From Thermoanaerobaculia bacterium (GTDB lineage: Bacteria; Acidobacteriota; Thermoanaerobaculia; Multivoradales; UBA5704), in the NCBI GenBank assembly GCA_044226625.1, contig JBGAGQ010000003.1, forward strand, positions 156,190 to 220,189: a stretch of DNA of 64,000 nucleotides, given 5' to 3'. Shown piece by piece: positions 38,914-47,353 of this stretch. A model generated the notes under the pieces. The model was not told the origin of the DNA, made no database searches, and saw nothing but the letters and a program-made list of their open reading frames with translations. A program made the position numbers and the translations under genes. The number at the start of each line of letters is the position of its first letter. Position 1 is the stretch's first letter.

Positions 38914-39838
38914 TGTGCTTTGGAGCAAGGCTCGCTCATTCATGGAGCGAGCGCTTGCTGCGCCTCGAGACAGTGACCTCTTTCCTTTTTGGGCATCTCT
39001 AGCTCTCGAGTTGCTCGCACGCTCTGCGCTGGCGTATGTATCACCAATTCTTCTCGCTGATACAGCTGATCCCGATGGCCGAAACCTGCTCCACGCGCTG
39101 GGCTTCGAGCCCAAGGTCAAAGCGTATGTGCCTAGATCGATTGTGGCGAACGATGTACTTACGCGGTGCGAGCAATTAGTTCCTGAATTCACTAAAGATA
39201 TCGAGAATTTCTGCCGCGGCTTCACCATTAAGCGAAATGAGGAACTTCACAGCGGTGGCACTCCATTCTCTTCCCTCGCCAGCACAACTTGGCTGCCACG
39301 CTTTTATGAATCCGCGAGAGTTCTCTTGGGCTTTCAAGGAATGGAGCTTGTCGATTTTGTCGGCAGCGACGAAGCCAAGGCTGCGGAGGTCATGCTGAAG
39401 GCAGTCGCAGACGAGGCAGCCAAGAGTGTTCGGAAACTGATCAAAGCCCACTCAGAAGTTTGGAATGGTAAGAAACAGGAAGAGCGCGAACAGCTCGAAG
39501 AAGCCGCAAAGAATCACGCCCACCCCTGGAGAGGCCATGTGGTCTCATGTCCTTCGTGCGGATCACCGGCCTTATTGACGGGCGAGGAAGTAAAGCGGCA
39601 GCCCCCAGTCCTTGAAAATAATGAGCTCGTGGTTCGAAGGGTAGTTCTGCCCACAGAGTTGAAGTGTTTAGCCTGTGGATTGGGTATCCACAGTCATAGT
39701 CAGCTTTATGCGGCAGACTTGGGCGGCCAGTTCACGAGCACCCTCAGATTTGATCCTGTCCACTACTACGCGGTAAGCGATGATGACGGGGACGACGATG
39801 ACGAGTCTTACGAAGACTGCGAGTACAACAACGAATAG
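38879..39838 (+). CDS. HEPN-like protein with C-terminal zinc ribbon and acidic tail
   Basis: ALELLAR helix, RNEELH (RxxxxH), CPSC...CLAC, tail DDDGDDDDESYEDCEYNNE; overlaps the TauD stop. Confidence 0.7.
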   Translation: MKPNPQSLWTHDVLWSKARSFMERALAAPRDSDLFPFWASLALELLARSALAYVSPILLADTADPDGRNLLHALGFEPKVKAYVPRSIVANDVLTRCEQLVPEFTKDIENFCRGFTIKRNEELHSGGTPFSSLASTTWLPRFYESARVLLGFQGMELVDFVGSDEAKAAEVMLKAVADEAAKSVRKLIKAHSEVWNGKKQEEREQLEEAAKNHAHPWRGHVVSCPSCGSPALLTGEEVKRQPPVLENNELVVRRVVLPTELKCLACGLGIHSHSQLYAADLGGQFTSTLRFDPVHYYAVSDDDGDDDDESYEDCEYNNE

Positions 39839-39980
39839 GTGTTTTCCTCTGCGGTAGAAGTTCGATCCACCTCTGCCGGCGATTGGAACTAGGCGCGAGC
39901 GCTCAGGTGATACGGTCGGCCCGAAGACTCATGCGCGGACCAACTCGAGATCAAATGCACCTTCTTGGTAGGCCTTAAGC

Positions 39981-40375
39981 ATGGCATTGGCGAAGCGCGA
40001 GGTATCCGTCTCCTTGGATGAGGATCTCGTCGCCCAACTCGAGCGCTAAGGGCAGGGTGTGTCCGCACAGGTCAATGCGGCGGTACGAGCTAACCTTGAA
40101 TCTCGTCGTCGCCACAAACTGCTCGAAGAGTCTCTCGACCACGTTGATGAGTCGGCCTCCTCGGATGAGCCGCTGCGTCGTACTCGACGCTGGCGCCCTG
40201 GAGGCTTCGGCCTCCAGCCAATCCGGTAATAGAGAGGTCTGGAGGTCCGAGCAGTGCTCCGTGCTGCGGTGCGTCTTCTTGTTCCCACCGTGATTCTCGC
40301 CGAGCTATATCGAGGACCTCGGCACAACCCGATGGTGGACGCCGAGCGATCGGCATTGAGCCTCCCGTCATCTGA
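39981..40375 (+). pseudogene. Decayed antitoxin (RHH-like) + PIN toxin pair
   Basis: MALAKREVSVSLDEDLVAQLER then in-frame TAA (40047); MSRCVVLDAGAL from 40165 and out-of-frame VPTVILAELYRG. Confidence 0.6.
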
Positions 40376-40407
40376 ATGCCGGTAGAGTTGGTAAAGGAGT
40401 GGTGATC

Positions 40408-40587
40408 ATGTCCCGAATCGACCCTATCGTCGAAGAAATCCACGCCTTACGCGAAGAGATTGCGCGCGCGGCGGGCTACGATCTTGACAGAATTCTGGAG
40501 GCCGCCAGAGACCGGCAGGCGGTGGCGGGTGTGCAAACGGTACGGCTTGTCCCCAAAACGCCCGAGTACGTCGAGAAGGCGTCGTGA
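40408..40587 (+). CDS. Small antitoxin-like protein (DPIVEEI type)
   Basis: AAGGAG RBS; DPIVEEIHALREEIARAAGYDL; preceded by a PPVI*MPVEL remnant resembling a PIN-toxin C-terminus. Confidence 0.55.
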   Translation: MSRIDPIVEEIHALREEIARAAGYDLDRILEAARDRQAVAGVQTVRLVPKTPEYVEKAS

Positions 40588-40679
40588 GTCCCGCTGACGA
40601 CGATCTTGCTTAAGCTTTCTGCCGAACAAGAGCAACGGTTGTAAGCCGGCGCCGCCGAGCAGGATGCAAAGACCGTCCG

Positions 40680-40905
40680 CGATCGAAAAATGAAAGCGCC
40701 CATATCGTTGTAGGTACTCCCGAGCGTTCCGGGCGACCGAGAGATCGGGCAGCTTGAGAACCTCCGACAGCGTGTCGGTGTCGAGGAGAGGCGGATTGCC
40801 CGGAGCCTTCATCCCTCGCGGGATGAGAAGTGACTGCGGTCGAGAGCGATCTCCTCGATCTCCCGGATTTGCTCATCTGAGAGCCCCTCTTAGACCCGCT
40901 GCCAG
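40680..40905 (-). pseudogene. Decayed antitoxin C-terminus + truncated PIN toxin
   Basis: WQRV*EGLSDEQIREIEEIALDRSHF, then ATGA-coupled MKAPGNPPLLDTDTLSEVLK...FHFSI. Confidence 0.55.
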
Positions 40906-41126
40906 GCCGAACGACAAGACATGATCGAAGCCACCTGCCAGCTCTTGGTCCATCAGCGGGTAATCGAAACGCTCTCCACGGACGAAGAGGAAAAGAGACG
41001 CTGAAACCTCCAGCTCACTTACGTCAAACCGGCAACACGCCGCAGCGGTATCGCGCACCGCCCTCGAAGCGTTTCTCCATGCGGCTCTCGAACAGGGCGC
41101 CGGAGGAATTCAGCTCGATTCCGCAT

Positions 41127-41175
41127 CGGCGGCGGCGAGAGGATCACGGCGGGGGTGTTGGCGGCGGAGGCGGTG
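41127..41175 (+). repeat. Direct repeat copy 2
   Basis: Matches 37847-37895 with 4 mismatches. Confidence 0.9.
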
Positions 41176-41223
41176 TAGTCTTTCCAGAAACTGGCCTGAC
41201 TTTTGGGCCATGCGTTAGAATAA

Positions 41224-41532
41224 ATGGCGATGGCAAGCCTGGAAGCCGTGCTCGAAGCAGCCCAGACGCTCTCCCACGATGAGCGGCGTCGGCTCATGAT
41301 CGAGCTGGATGCTCTGGAAGCGATGGAGCGTCCGGCGGTCCCAGCGGGCCGAGAACCCCTCGCCGCGCTTCGGGCTCTGTCCGGTTCGGCGCACGCCGCC
41401 GACCACAATCCAGCCAACGTCGACCCCGTAGAGGAGGCTCGACGACAGTCGATCTTAGCCAGTGGCCACCCTTCGGAGAAGGAAGTTCTCGAATTCATCG
41501 AGTACGCGGCTGACACCCAGGGCTGGAAGTGA
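41224..41532 (+). CDS. Putative antitoxin with DUF3018-like C-terminus
   Basis: EEARRQS...EVLEFIEYAAD..W; GTGA overlap with the toxin. Confidence 0.6.
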   Translation: MAMASLEAVLEAAQTLSHDERRRLMIELDALEAMERPAVPAGREPLAALRALSGSAHAADHNPANVDPVEEARRQSILASGHPSEKEVLEFIEYAADTQGWK

Positions 41533-41858
41533 AGCGGGGCTCCATCGTCGTCGCGGCAGCCAAAGGGGCATACACCGGAAAACCTCGCCCGGCGCTCGTC
41601 ATTCAATCGGACCTGTTCAATCCCACGCACCAAAGCGTCACGATCTGTCCGATAACTTCCGAATGGGTCGACGCGCCTCTTTTCCGTATTCCTCTGCCCC
41701 CCGGCGAACGCACCGGCCTTCGCAGTCCTTCCCAGATCATGATCGACAAGATTGCGAGCATTCCCCGATCCGCAATCACGGCGGAGATTGGCAGTTGCGA
41801 TCACGCCGAACTTCAAGCCGCCGAGGACGCCCTGCGCTATTGGCTAGGACTCGGCTGA
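41529..41858 (+). CDS. mazF: PemK/MazF family toxin
   Basis: MKRGSIV, GKPRPALVIQSD, ICPITS, TGL..PSQIMIDKI. Confidence 0.92.
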   Translation: MKRGSIVVAAAKGAYTGKPRPALVIQSDLFNPTHQSVTICPITSEWVDAPLFRIPLPPGERTGLRSPSQIMIDKIASIPRSAITAEIGSCDHAELQAAEDALRYWLGLG

Positions 41859-41909
41859 GTATCGAATCCCAGCCTAGATCCAAATTCGGCGTCCCGGTAG
41901 AGACCGGCT

Positions 41910-44573
41910 TCACTCTTCCGTGAGCACCACCATCGGCGAAACCCGGGCGGCGCGATGGGAGGGCAGCAGGCAGGAGGCGAGGCAGACCGCGCCGAGGAGG
42001 CCGGCCGCTGCGGCGAAGGCGGCTAGGTGCAGAGGCGGCACCCCGAAGAGGACCGTTTGCATGGCCCGGCCGGTCAGCCAGGCTCCGAGGACGCCGAGCG
42101 CCGTGCCCGCCGCGAGCAGGCGCAGGGCGAGCGAGAGGAATTGGCCGCGCACCTGCTCCGGCCGAGCCCCCAACGCCATCCGCAGGCCGATCTCGCGGCG
42201 GCGCTGCATTACGGCGTAGCTCAGCACCCCGTACGTGCCCACCGCGGTGAGCAGCATGGCGATGCCGGCGAAGAGGGCGGCCAGCAGCGTCGGCGAGCGG
42301 CGGGCGATCAGGCTGTCGGCGATGCGGGTCTCCATCGTCCGCAGATCGTAGACCGGCAGCTCGGGATCGATCCGGCGGACGGCTTGACGTAGCGCCGGCG
42401 CGAGCGATTCCTCGGGCAGGCTCGAGCGGACGACCAGGTAGATGCTGTGATCCATCCGGTAGCCGAAAGGGTAATAGATCGCGCCCTGGGCTTGGTCCTC
42501 GACCAGCCCCGCTTGTTTCACGGGACCGACCACCCCCACCACGGTGTAAGCCTCGGCGGCGTTTTCCTCGCCTGCGCCCTCGAAGATCTTTTGGCCGAGC
42601 GCGCCGCCGCGCGGCCAGTAGCGGCGCGCGAAATCCTCGTCGATCACGCAGACCCGCTCGGCGCGGCGGGAGTCCGCTGCCGTGAGGAGGCGTCCTTCCC
42701 GTAGCGAAAAGCCCAGGGCGGAGAAGAAGTCGCCGCCCACGCCGTAGGAGTAGAACCCGTGCGGCGCCTCTCCGGGTTGCGGCCGATGCCCCTCGACCGT
42801 GGCCGCGCTCTTGTTGCTGATGCCGCTGAGCGGCACGTTGGTGGCGAATCCCGCGGCCTGCACGCCCGGCTGGCGGCCGAGCTCCGCGGTGAGCCGCTCG
42901 GTGACCGCGAGCAGGTCCGGTCGCCGCGGATAGGTCTGCACCGGCAGGACCAACCGCCCGCTCAAAACGTGCTCGGGCCGGAATCCGGGAGAGACAGTCA
43001 TCACCTTCTGGAGGCTGAGCCCCAGCAGGCCCGCTCCCGCGAGCAACACGAAAGCCAGGGCGATCTGGGTGACGATGAACGCGTGGCGCAGCCGCTGCGC
43101 CGCCCGGCCGGCCGTGGTGCCGCGCGATTCGACTTGCAGGCCGGGAGCCGCGGCGTTGCGCAGGCTCAACCAAGCGACGGTAAGACCGAGCGCGATCCCC
43201 ACGCCGAGCGAGCCCGCCAGGGCGATCAGCGCCAGCCGGGCGTCGAAAACGACGTGCGATCCCAGCGGCAATCGATCGACTCCGAGCAGAGCCAGGAGGC
43301 GGATGCCGCCGGCTCCGGCGGCCAGTCCGAGGAGGCCTCCGGCGAGCGCCAGGAGCAGGCTCTCCACCACGGCTCCGCTGACCACGTGCCGCCGGCCGGC
43401 CCCAATCGCCTGCCGCACCGCGAGCTCCTTGACCCGGCCGCTGGCGCGGATGAGCAGCAGGTTGACCAGGTTGACGCCGCCGATCAGGAGCAGGAAGAGC
43501 GCTCCGGCCTGGGTCAGCAGCAGCGTGGGACGGACCGCCGCCACGTGGTCCGCCCGCAGGGGCACCACGAGCGAGCGGAAACCGGCGTCGGCCATCATCC
43601 TAGCTTCCGGGCCGTTCACCTCCGCGGCGGCATTGCGGGCGTCGATCTGCGCCTGGGCCTCCTCCAACGTAGCCCCGGGCGCGAGCCGGGCGATCATGCG
43701 CGCGGTCCCGGAATGCCGATTCTGGGGAGCACGCTCTTCGGGGCTCGACGCGAGCGGGAGGTAGATCTGGGTCTGGGACGACAGAAAGCTGAAGGTGGGT
43801 GGCAGGATCCCGACCACGGTCCTGGAGATCGCGTTGACGCGGATGCTGCGGCCGATCACGCCGGGATCGGCGCCCAGGCGCTGCCGCCAGTAGCCGTCCG
43901 TGAGGATGGCCGAGTCATTTTTCCCGCTCAGGGTCTCCGCCTCCGTGAAGACGCGGCCCCTTACCGGGCCAAGCCCCAGGGTGGAGAAGAAGTCGGGAGA
44001 GACCCGCGTGACCGGCACCTGCTCCGTCGTGCCCGCCTCCCCCACGACCGCCGTGGCGTCGCGATAGACCGCCAGTCCCGAGAAGGCCGGAATCTGCCCC
44101 CGGCGCTCGTAATAATTCGCCAGCGAACAGCCGTCGTTCGGCACGCCGGCTTTGGGGTAGGTGTTGTATACGCTCACCAGACGGCCGGCGGCGGGGAAAG
44201 GCAGCGGCCGGAGCAGCACCGCGTCGACCACCGCGAAGAGGGTCAGGTTGGCGCCCAGGCAGAGCGCCAGGGTGGCCAGCGCGGTGGCCGTGAAGCCCGG
44301 CGTCTTGCGCAGCAGGCGGGCGGCGTAGCGCAGGTCTTGGCGGAGGTCGTCGAACAGGCGCAGGCCGCTCGCCTCGCGGCAGTCCTGCTTGACGTTGTCG
44401 AGGCTGCCGAATTCCTGGCGAGCGCGGCGCGCCGCCTCCGTCGGCGGCACGCCGGAGAGCACGAGGTCCTCCGTGTAACGCTCGACGTGGAAACGCATCT
44501 CTTCGTCCATGTCGTCCTCGAAGCGACCACGACGGCGGAGCGTCTGAAACGTGGCGAGCAGCCTTCTGGCCAT
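41910..44573 (-). CDS. ADOP duplicated ABC permease with prefix domain
   Basis: DEEMRFH...ARQEFG prefix, QDLRYAARLLRKTPGF, RRREIGLRMALGA; coupled to padR. Confidence 0.93.
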   Translation of the reverse strand: MARRLLATFQTLRRRGRFEDDMDEEMRFHVERYTEDLVLSGVPPTEAARRARQEFGSLDNVKQDCREASGLRLFDDLRQDLRYAARLLRKTPGFTATALATLALCLGANLTLFAVVDAVLLRPLPFPAAGRLVSVYNTYPKAGVPNDGCSLANYYERRGQIPAFSGLAVYRDATAVVGEAGTTEQVPVTRVSPDFFSTLGLGPVRGRVFTEAETLSGKNDSAILTDGYWRQRLGADPGVIGRSIRVNAISRTVVGILPPTFSFLSSQTQIYLPLASSPEERAPQNRHSGTARMIARLAPGATLEEAQAQIDARNAAAEVNGPEARMMADAGFRSLVVPLRADHVAAVRPTLLLTQAGALFLLLIGGVNLVNLLLIRASGRVKELAVRQAIGAGRRHVVSGAVVESLLLALAGGLLGLAAGAGGIRLLALLGVDRLPLGSHVVFDARLALIALAGSLGVGIALGLTVAWLSLRNAAAPGLQVESRGTTAGRAAQRLRHAFIVTQIALAFVLLAGAGLLGLSLQKVMTVSPGFRPEHVLSGRLVLPVQTYPRRPDLLAVTERLTAELGRQPGVQAAGFATNVPLSGISNKSAATVEGHRPQPGEAPHGFYSYGVGGDFFSALGFSLREGRLLTAADSRRAERVCVIDEDFARRYWPRGGALGQKIFEGAGEENAAEAYTVVGVVGPVKQAGLVEDQAQGAIYYPFGYRMDHSIYLVVRSSLPEESLAPALRQAVRRIDPELPVYDLRTMETRIADSLIARRSPTLLAALFAGIAMLLTAVGTYGVLSYAVMQRRREIGLRMALGARPEQVRGQFLSLALRLLAAGTALGVLGAWLTGRAMQTVLFGVPPLHLAAFAAAAGLLGAVCLASCLLPSHRAARVSPMVVLTEE

Positions 44574-44914
44574 CACGCCTCCCCGGGCTCGGCGCTCAGG
44601 GCCGCGGCGATCGCCGACGCCAGCCGGTTCCAGCCCGCCGTCTCCTCCTCCAGGCGCCGCCGCCCGGCCTCGGACAGGGTGTAGTACTTCGCTTTGCGGT
44701 TGTTCTCGCTCTGACCCCATTCGGCCACGATCAGCCCCTGGTGCTCCAACCGGTACAGCGCCGGATACAGAGACCCCTGGGGGATGTCCAGCGCGTCGCC
44801 CGAGATCTGACGGATGCGCAACAGCACTCCGTATCCGTGCAGCGGCTCGAGCGACACCGCCTTGAGGGTCAGCATGTCGAGGGTACCGGGAAGCAGGTTC
44901 GCGGTGTCGTTCAT
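44573..44914 (-). CDS. PadR family regulator (acidobacterial type)
   Basis: LLPGTLDML, LHGYG, GSLYPALYRLE, WGQSENNRKAKYY. Confidence 0.95.
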   Translation of the reverse strand: MNDTANLLPGTLDMLTLKAVSLEPLHGYGVLLRIRQISGDALDIPQGSLYPALYRLEHQGLIVAEWGQSENNRKAKYYTLSEAGRRRLEEETAGWNRLASAIAAALSAEPGEA

Positions 44915-44921
44915 GGCGTCT

Positions 44922-44972
44922 CTCCTTGCCTGACTAGGAGTGTGCCGCGATCTCTCCTAGCCTGTCAAGGAG
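44922..44972. promoter_or_regulatory. Two palindromic putative PadR operators
   Basis: CTCCTTG-N5-CTAGGAG (44922-44940) and CTCCTAG-N5-CAAGGAG (44954-44972). Confidence 0.7.
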
Positions 44973-45174
44973 AGAGGCGAGCGTCTGCTCGATTGATCAC
45001 GATCCCACGCGGAGTGCGACCGCCTTCCCGGTCGCCGGCGTTTAGGATCCGCCCCAGAGTCTCGACAGCGGAATGGAGCGGTACACGATCACGCCGGACG
45101 GGCGCTGTCCCTCGTAACGAGCGACAGCTCCTCCGCGCCGTAATTCCTAGAACTCCTTCGATAAAGGAATCCCC

Positions 45175-46227
45175 ATGTCCAGATGCTTGCGCGCCGTTCC
45201 GATCGCTCTCCTTCTCCTCTTGGCATGTTCTGTTCCCTCCCGGGCGGTACCGGGGGCGACCGACAGAGTGCCGGCGGCGACCCTGCTGGTCCCGTTCTTC
45301 GAAACCGGAATCAACTCTGAATTCAATCCGAACGACACGCTCATGGTCGTCACCAACTGGCTGTTCGGGAATCAAACGTTCCATTACCACGTCTGGGACA
45401 TCGACGGAAACGCGACCCCGATCCACGGCAACATCACTCTCGGCAGCCTCGGAACGTGGACCGCCGCCATGCGAAACATTCTGAACGCGGCGACTCCGGA
45501 GCAACGCAACTTGCTGGCCGTCGGCGATTTCTACCGGGGATTCGTCACGATCGACGTGGTGACCGCCGCGACCGCTTTGAACCCGCGGCAGCCGGACTAC
45601 CCGTTCTCGCAAGAAAATGCCCTCGAAGGCTTCATTTACTACACCCGCCTCTCTCAAGGCTCGGCCAACGGTCTGGCGATGGTTGCCCTGGAGGCGATAC
45701 CCGCCACCGCCAACAGCCTCCTCCGAGGGTTCTATCGCGCGGGCGATCTCCGGGAAGAGATCGACGCGAACGCCCGGGTGTGCGCGCAGGCGCTGGCCAC
45801 AGGCGCCCCATGCCCCGCGACGGCCGCAGGCGACGACATCGACCGCTTTCACCTGCGGGTCTTCCGCTCGACGCCACTCAACGGCAGCAGCCGGGCAGTG
45901 ATCTTTGCCTGGACTCTCGGCCGACCGGACGGGCCTTCGTTGATCTGCGACGATCCGGGAGCCGGCTGCGCGTCGTCCTATACCTTCCGCCAGTACAACG
46001 AGAGCGGCGCCATCGTCCAGGACACGACGCTTCGTCTGCCCAACGTCGTCAACGTGATCTCGGACTCCCGAATCCTCGGAGACCAGGCAGGATGGATTTC
46101 GGTGTTCGACGTACCGAACATCGCCTTCGATACCCAGGTCTACGCTTTCTCGTTCAACTCGGCTTTCCCTTCGGGCAACGTCGGCTTGACGTGGGATGCA
46201 ATCTTTGAAGGGTACATCGTGCCGTAG
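45175..46227 (+). CDS. Secreted hypothetical protein
   Basis: AAGGA RBS, signal peptide, DRVPAATLLVPFFE, beta-rich, paired Cys. Confidence 0.8.
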   Translation: MSRCLRAVPIALLLLLACSVPSRAVPGATDRVPAATLLVPFFETGINSEFNPNDTLMVVTNWLFGNQTFHYHVWDIDGNATPIHGNITLGSLGTWTAAMRNILNAATPEQRNLLAVGDFYRGFVTIDVVTAATALNPRQPDYPFSQENALEGFIYYTRLSQGSANGLAMVALEAIPATANSLLRGFYRAGDLREEIDANARVCAQALATGAPCPATAAGDDIDRFHLRVFRSTPLNGSSRAVIFAWTLGRPDGPSLICDDPGAGCASSYTFRQYNESGAIVQDTTLRLPNVVNVISDSRILGDQAGWISVFDVPNIAFDTQVYAFSFNSAFPSGNVGLTWDAIFEGYIVP

Positions 46228-46353
46228 GTGCGTGGGCAACTCCCCAACGCGATGGATACGGTCCGTCACCCCTTAACCTGATCCCCGACTTGGCGAGGCG
46301 TTCTACGGCTTCCCAGGCGCCTCTGCGCTCCATGGATACGCGCTGCAGTTCAA

Positions 46354-46633
46354 GAATCCGGGACGTATCTCCGGAATACGGGACGAAAATTCCGAATACG
46401 GGACGTATCTCCGGAATAGGGGACGAAAATACCGAATACGGGACGTGAAATCGGAATACGGGACGTTTCCACTGATTACGGGACGTATAGCCTGAATACG
46501 GGACGCACCTCCTGGTAATGGGACGTAATTCCAGAGTACGGGACGAATTTCCAGAGAACGGGACCGATGGCCAGAGAATGGGACGTGCGCCCGGGAAACG
46601 GGACGTGCTGGGCGAATAGGAGACGTGCCGACG
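46354..46633. repeat. Tandem array of 14 units with 20-bp period (core GAATACGGGACG + 8 variable nt); degenerate units to about 46727
   Basis: GGACG or a one-mismatch variant starts at 46361, 46381, ... 46621. Confidence 0.95.
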
Positions 46634-46764
46634 GTGGCTCGCCCCTCTCGGTTGGAAATCGGGGCGCTCCGTCGGAAATCAGCACATCGGGGCAGGATTC
46701 GGGTCGGCAGGCCAGAATTCGGGACGTCGTTCGGCTGGCTGCCGCATGCGCGATGGAACGCGCG

Positions 46765-47154
46765 TCACCCCTTCTTCTTGCCGAGTGCGGCGGCGATCTC
46801 TTCCCGCATCATCTCGCGCAGGCTCTCTTTGAGGTCGGCGTCCAGCTCCGGTGCGTCCGGCCGGCGCTTGTTCGGCGGATCGGTGCTGGGAACGATCCAA
46901 TCTTCCAAGCGGTGCTGCGCCGAGCGTTCGGCTTCGGCGTGCGCGAGGCGAAAGAAGTCCGAGGTCGGAACCTGGAGGTATCGCGCGAGGCCGTTCACGT
47001 GGCGGACGCGCAGCTCCATCTGGCCGTTGAAGATCTCGTCCAAGCGACCGTGGCCGATTTCCATCGCCTGCTCGACCTCGTGCTTCGTCCCCGGCGCGGC
47101 GGCGACCGCCCTGCGCACGACGTCCAGCACCGCCTTGATGTCCTTGTCGCTCAT
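46765..47154 (-). CDS. XRE-like helix-turn-helix protein
   Basis: KHEVEQAMEIGHGRLDEIFNGQMELRVRHV..LARYLQV...DFF. Confidence 0.7.
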   Translation of the reverse strand: MSDKDIKAVLDVVRRAVAAAPGTKHEVEQAMEIGHGRLDEIFNGQMELRVRHVNGLARYLQVPTSDFFRLAHAEAERSAQHRLEDWIVPSTDPPNKRRPDAPELDADLKESLREMMREEIAAALGKKKG

Positions 47155-47353
47155 CGTTCAACTCTACCCGCTCTTGGCCACGGCCGCACCGCAATTCGTA
47201 CCGGTCAACCCCCAACGCCAGGGGGCTCCAGAAGCATCGATCCGTTCGATGACGGACCACCTCGCATCCATCCCTCACTCGTAACATCGATCTCTGCGCA
47301 TTCGCCTATGAAAGATGTCTTACCTTGACCATCTTTCAGAGGAGGTTCATCGA

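Noticed and set aside
37950-41225. Integron cassette array
   Set aside because: GTTAGAA does not fit GTTRRRY, no RYYYAAC-bounded attC hairpins were seen, and there is no integrase
46354-46633. CRISPR array
   Set aside because: 12-nt repeats and 8-nt spacers are far too short, the repeat is not palindromic, and no cas genes are in the window
46354-46633. TIGR-Tas array
   Set aside because: Single repeat type with 20-bp period, no alternating edge/loop repeats or box C/D motifs, and no adjacent Nop-domain gene; the IS110 is 16 kb away and has its own RNA
46476-46685. ORF across the array
   Set aside because: The 20-bp period is out of frame and the translation shows no periodicity or RBS
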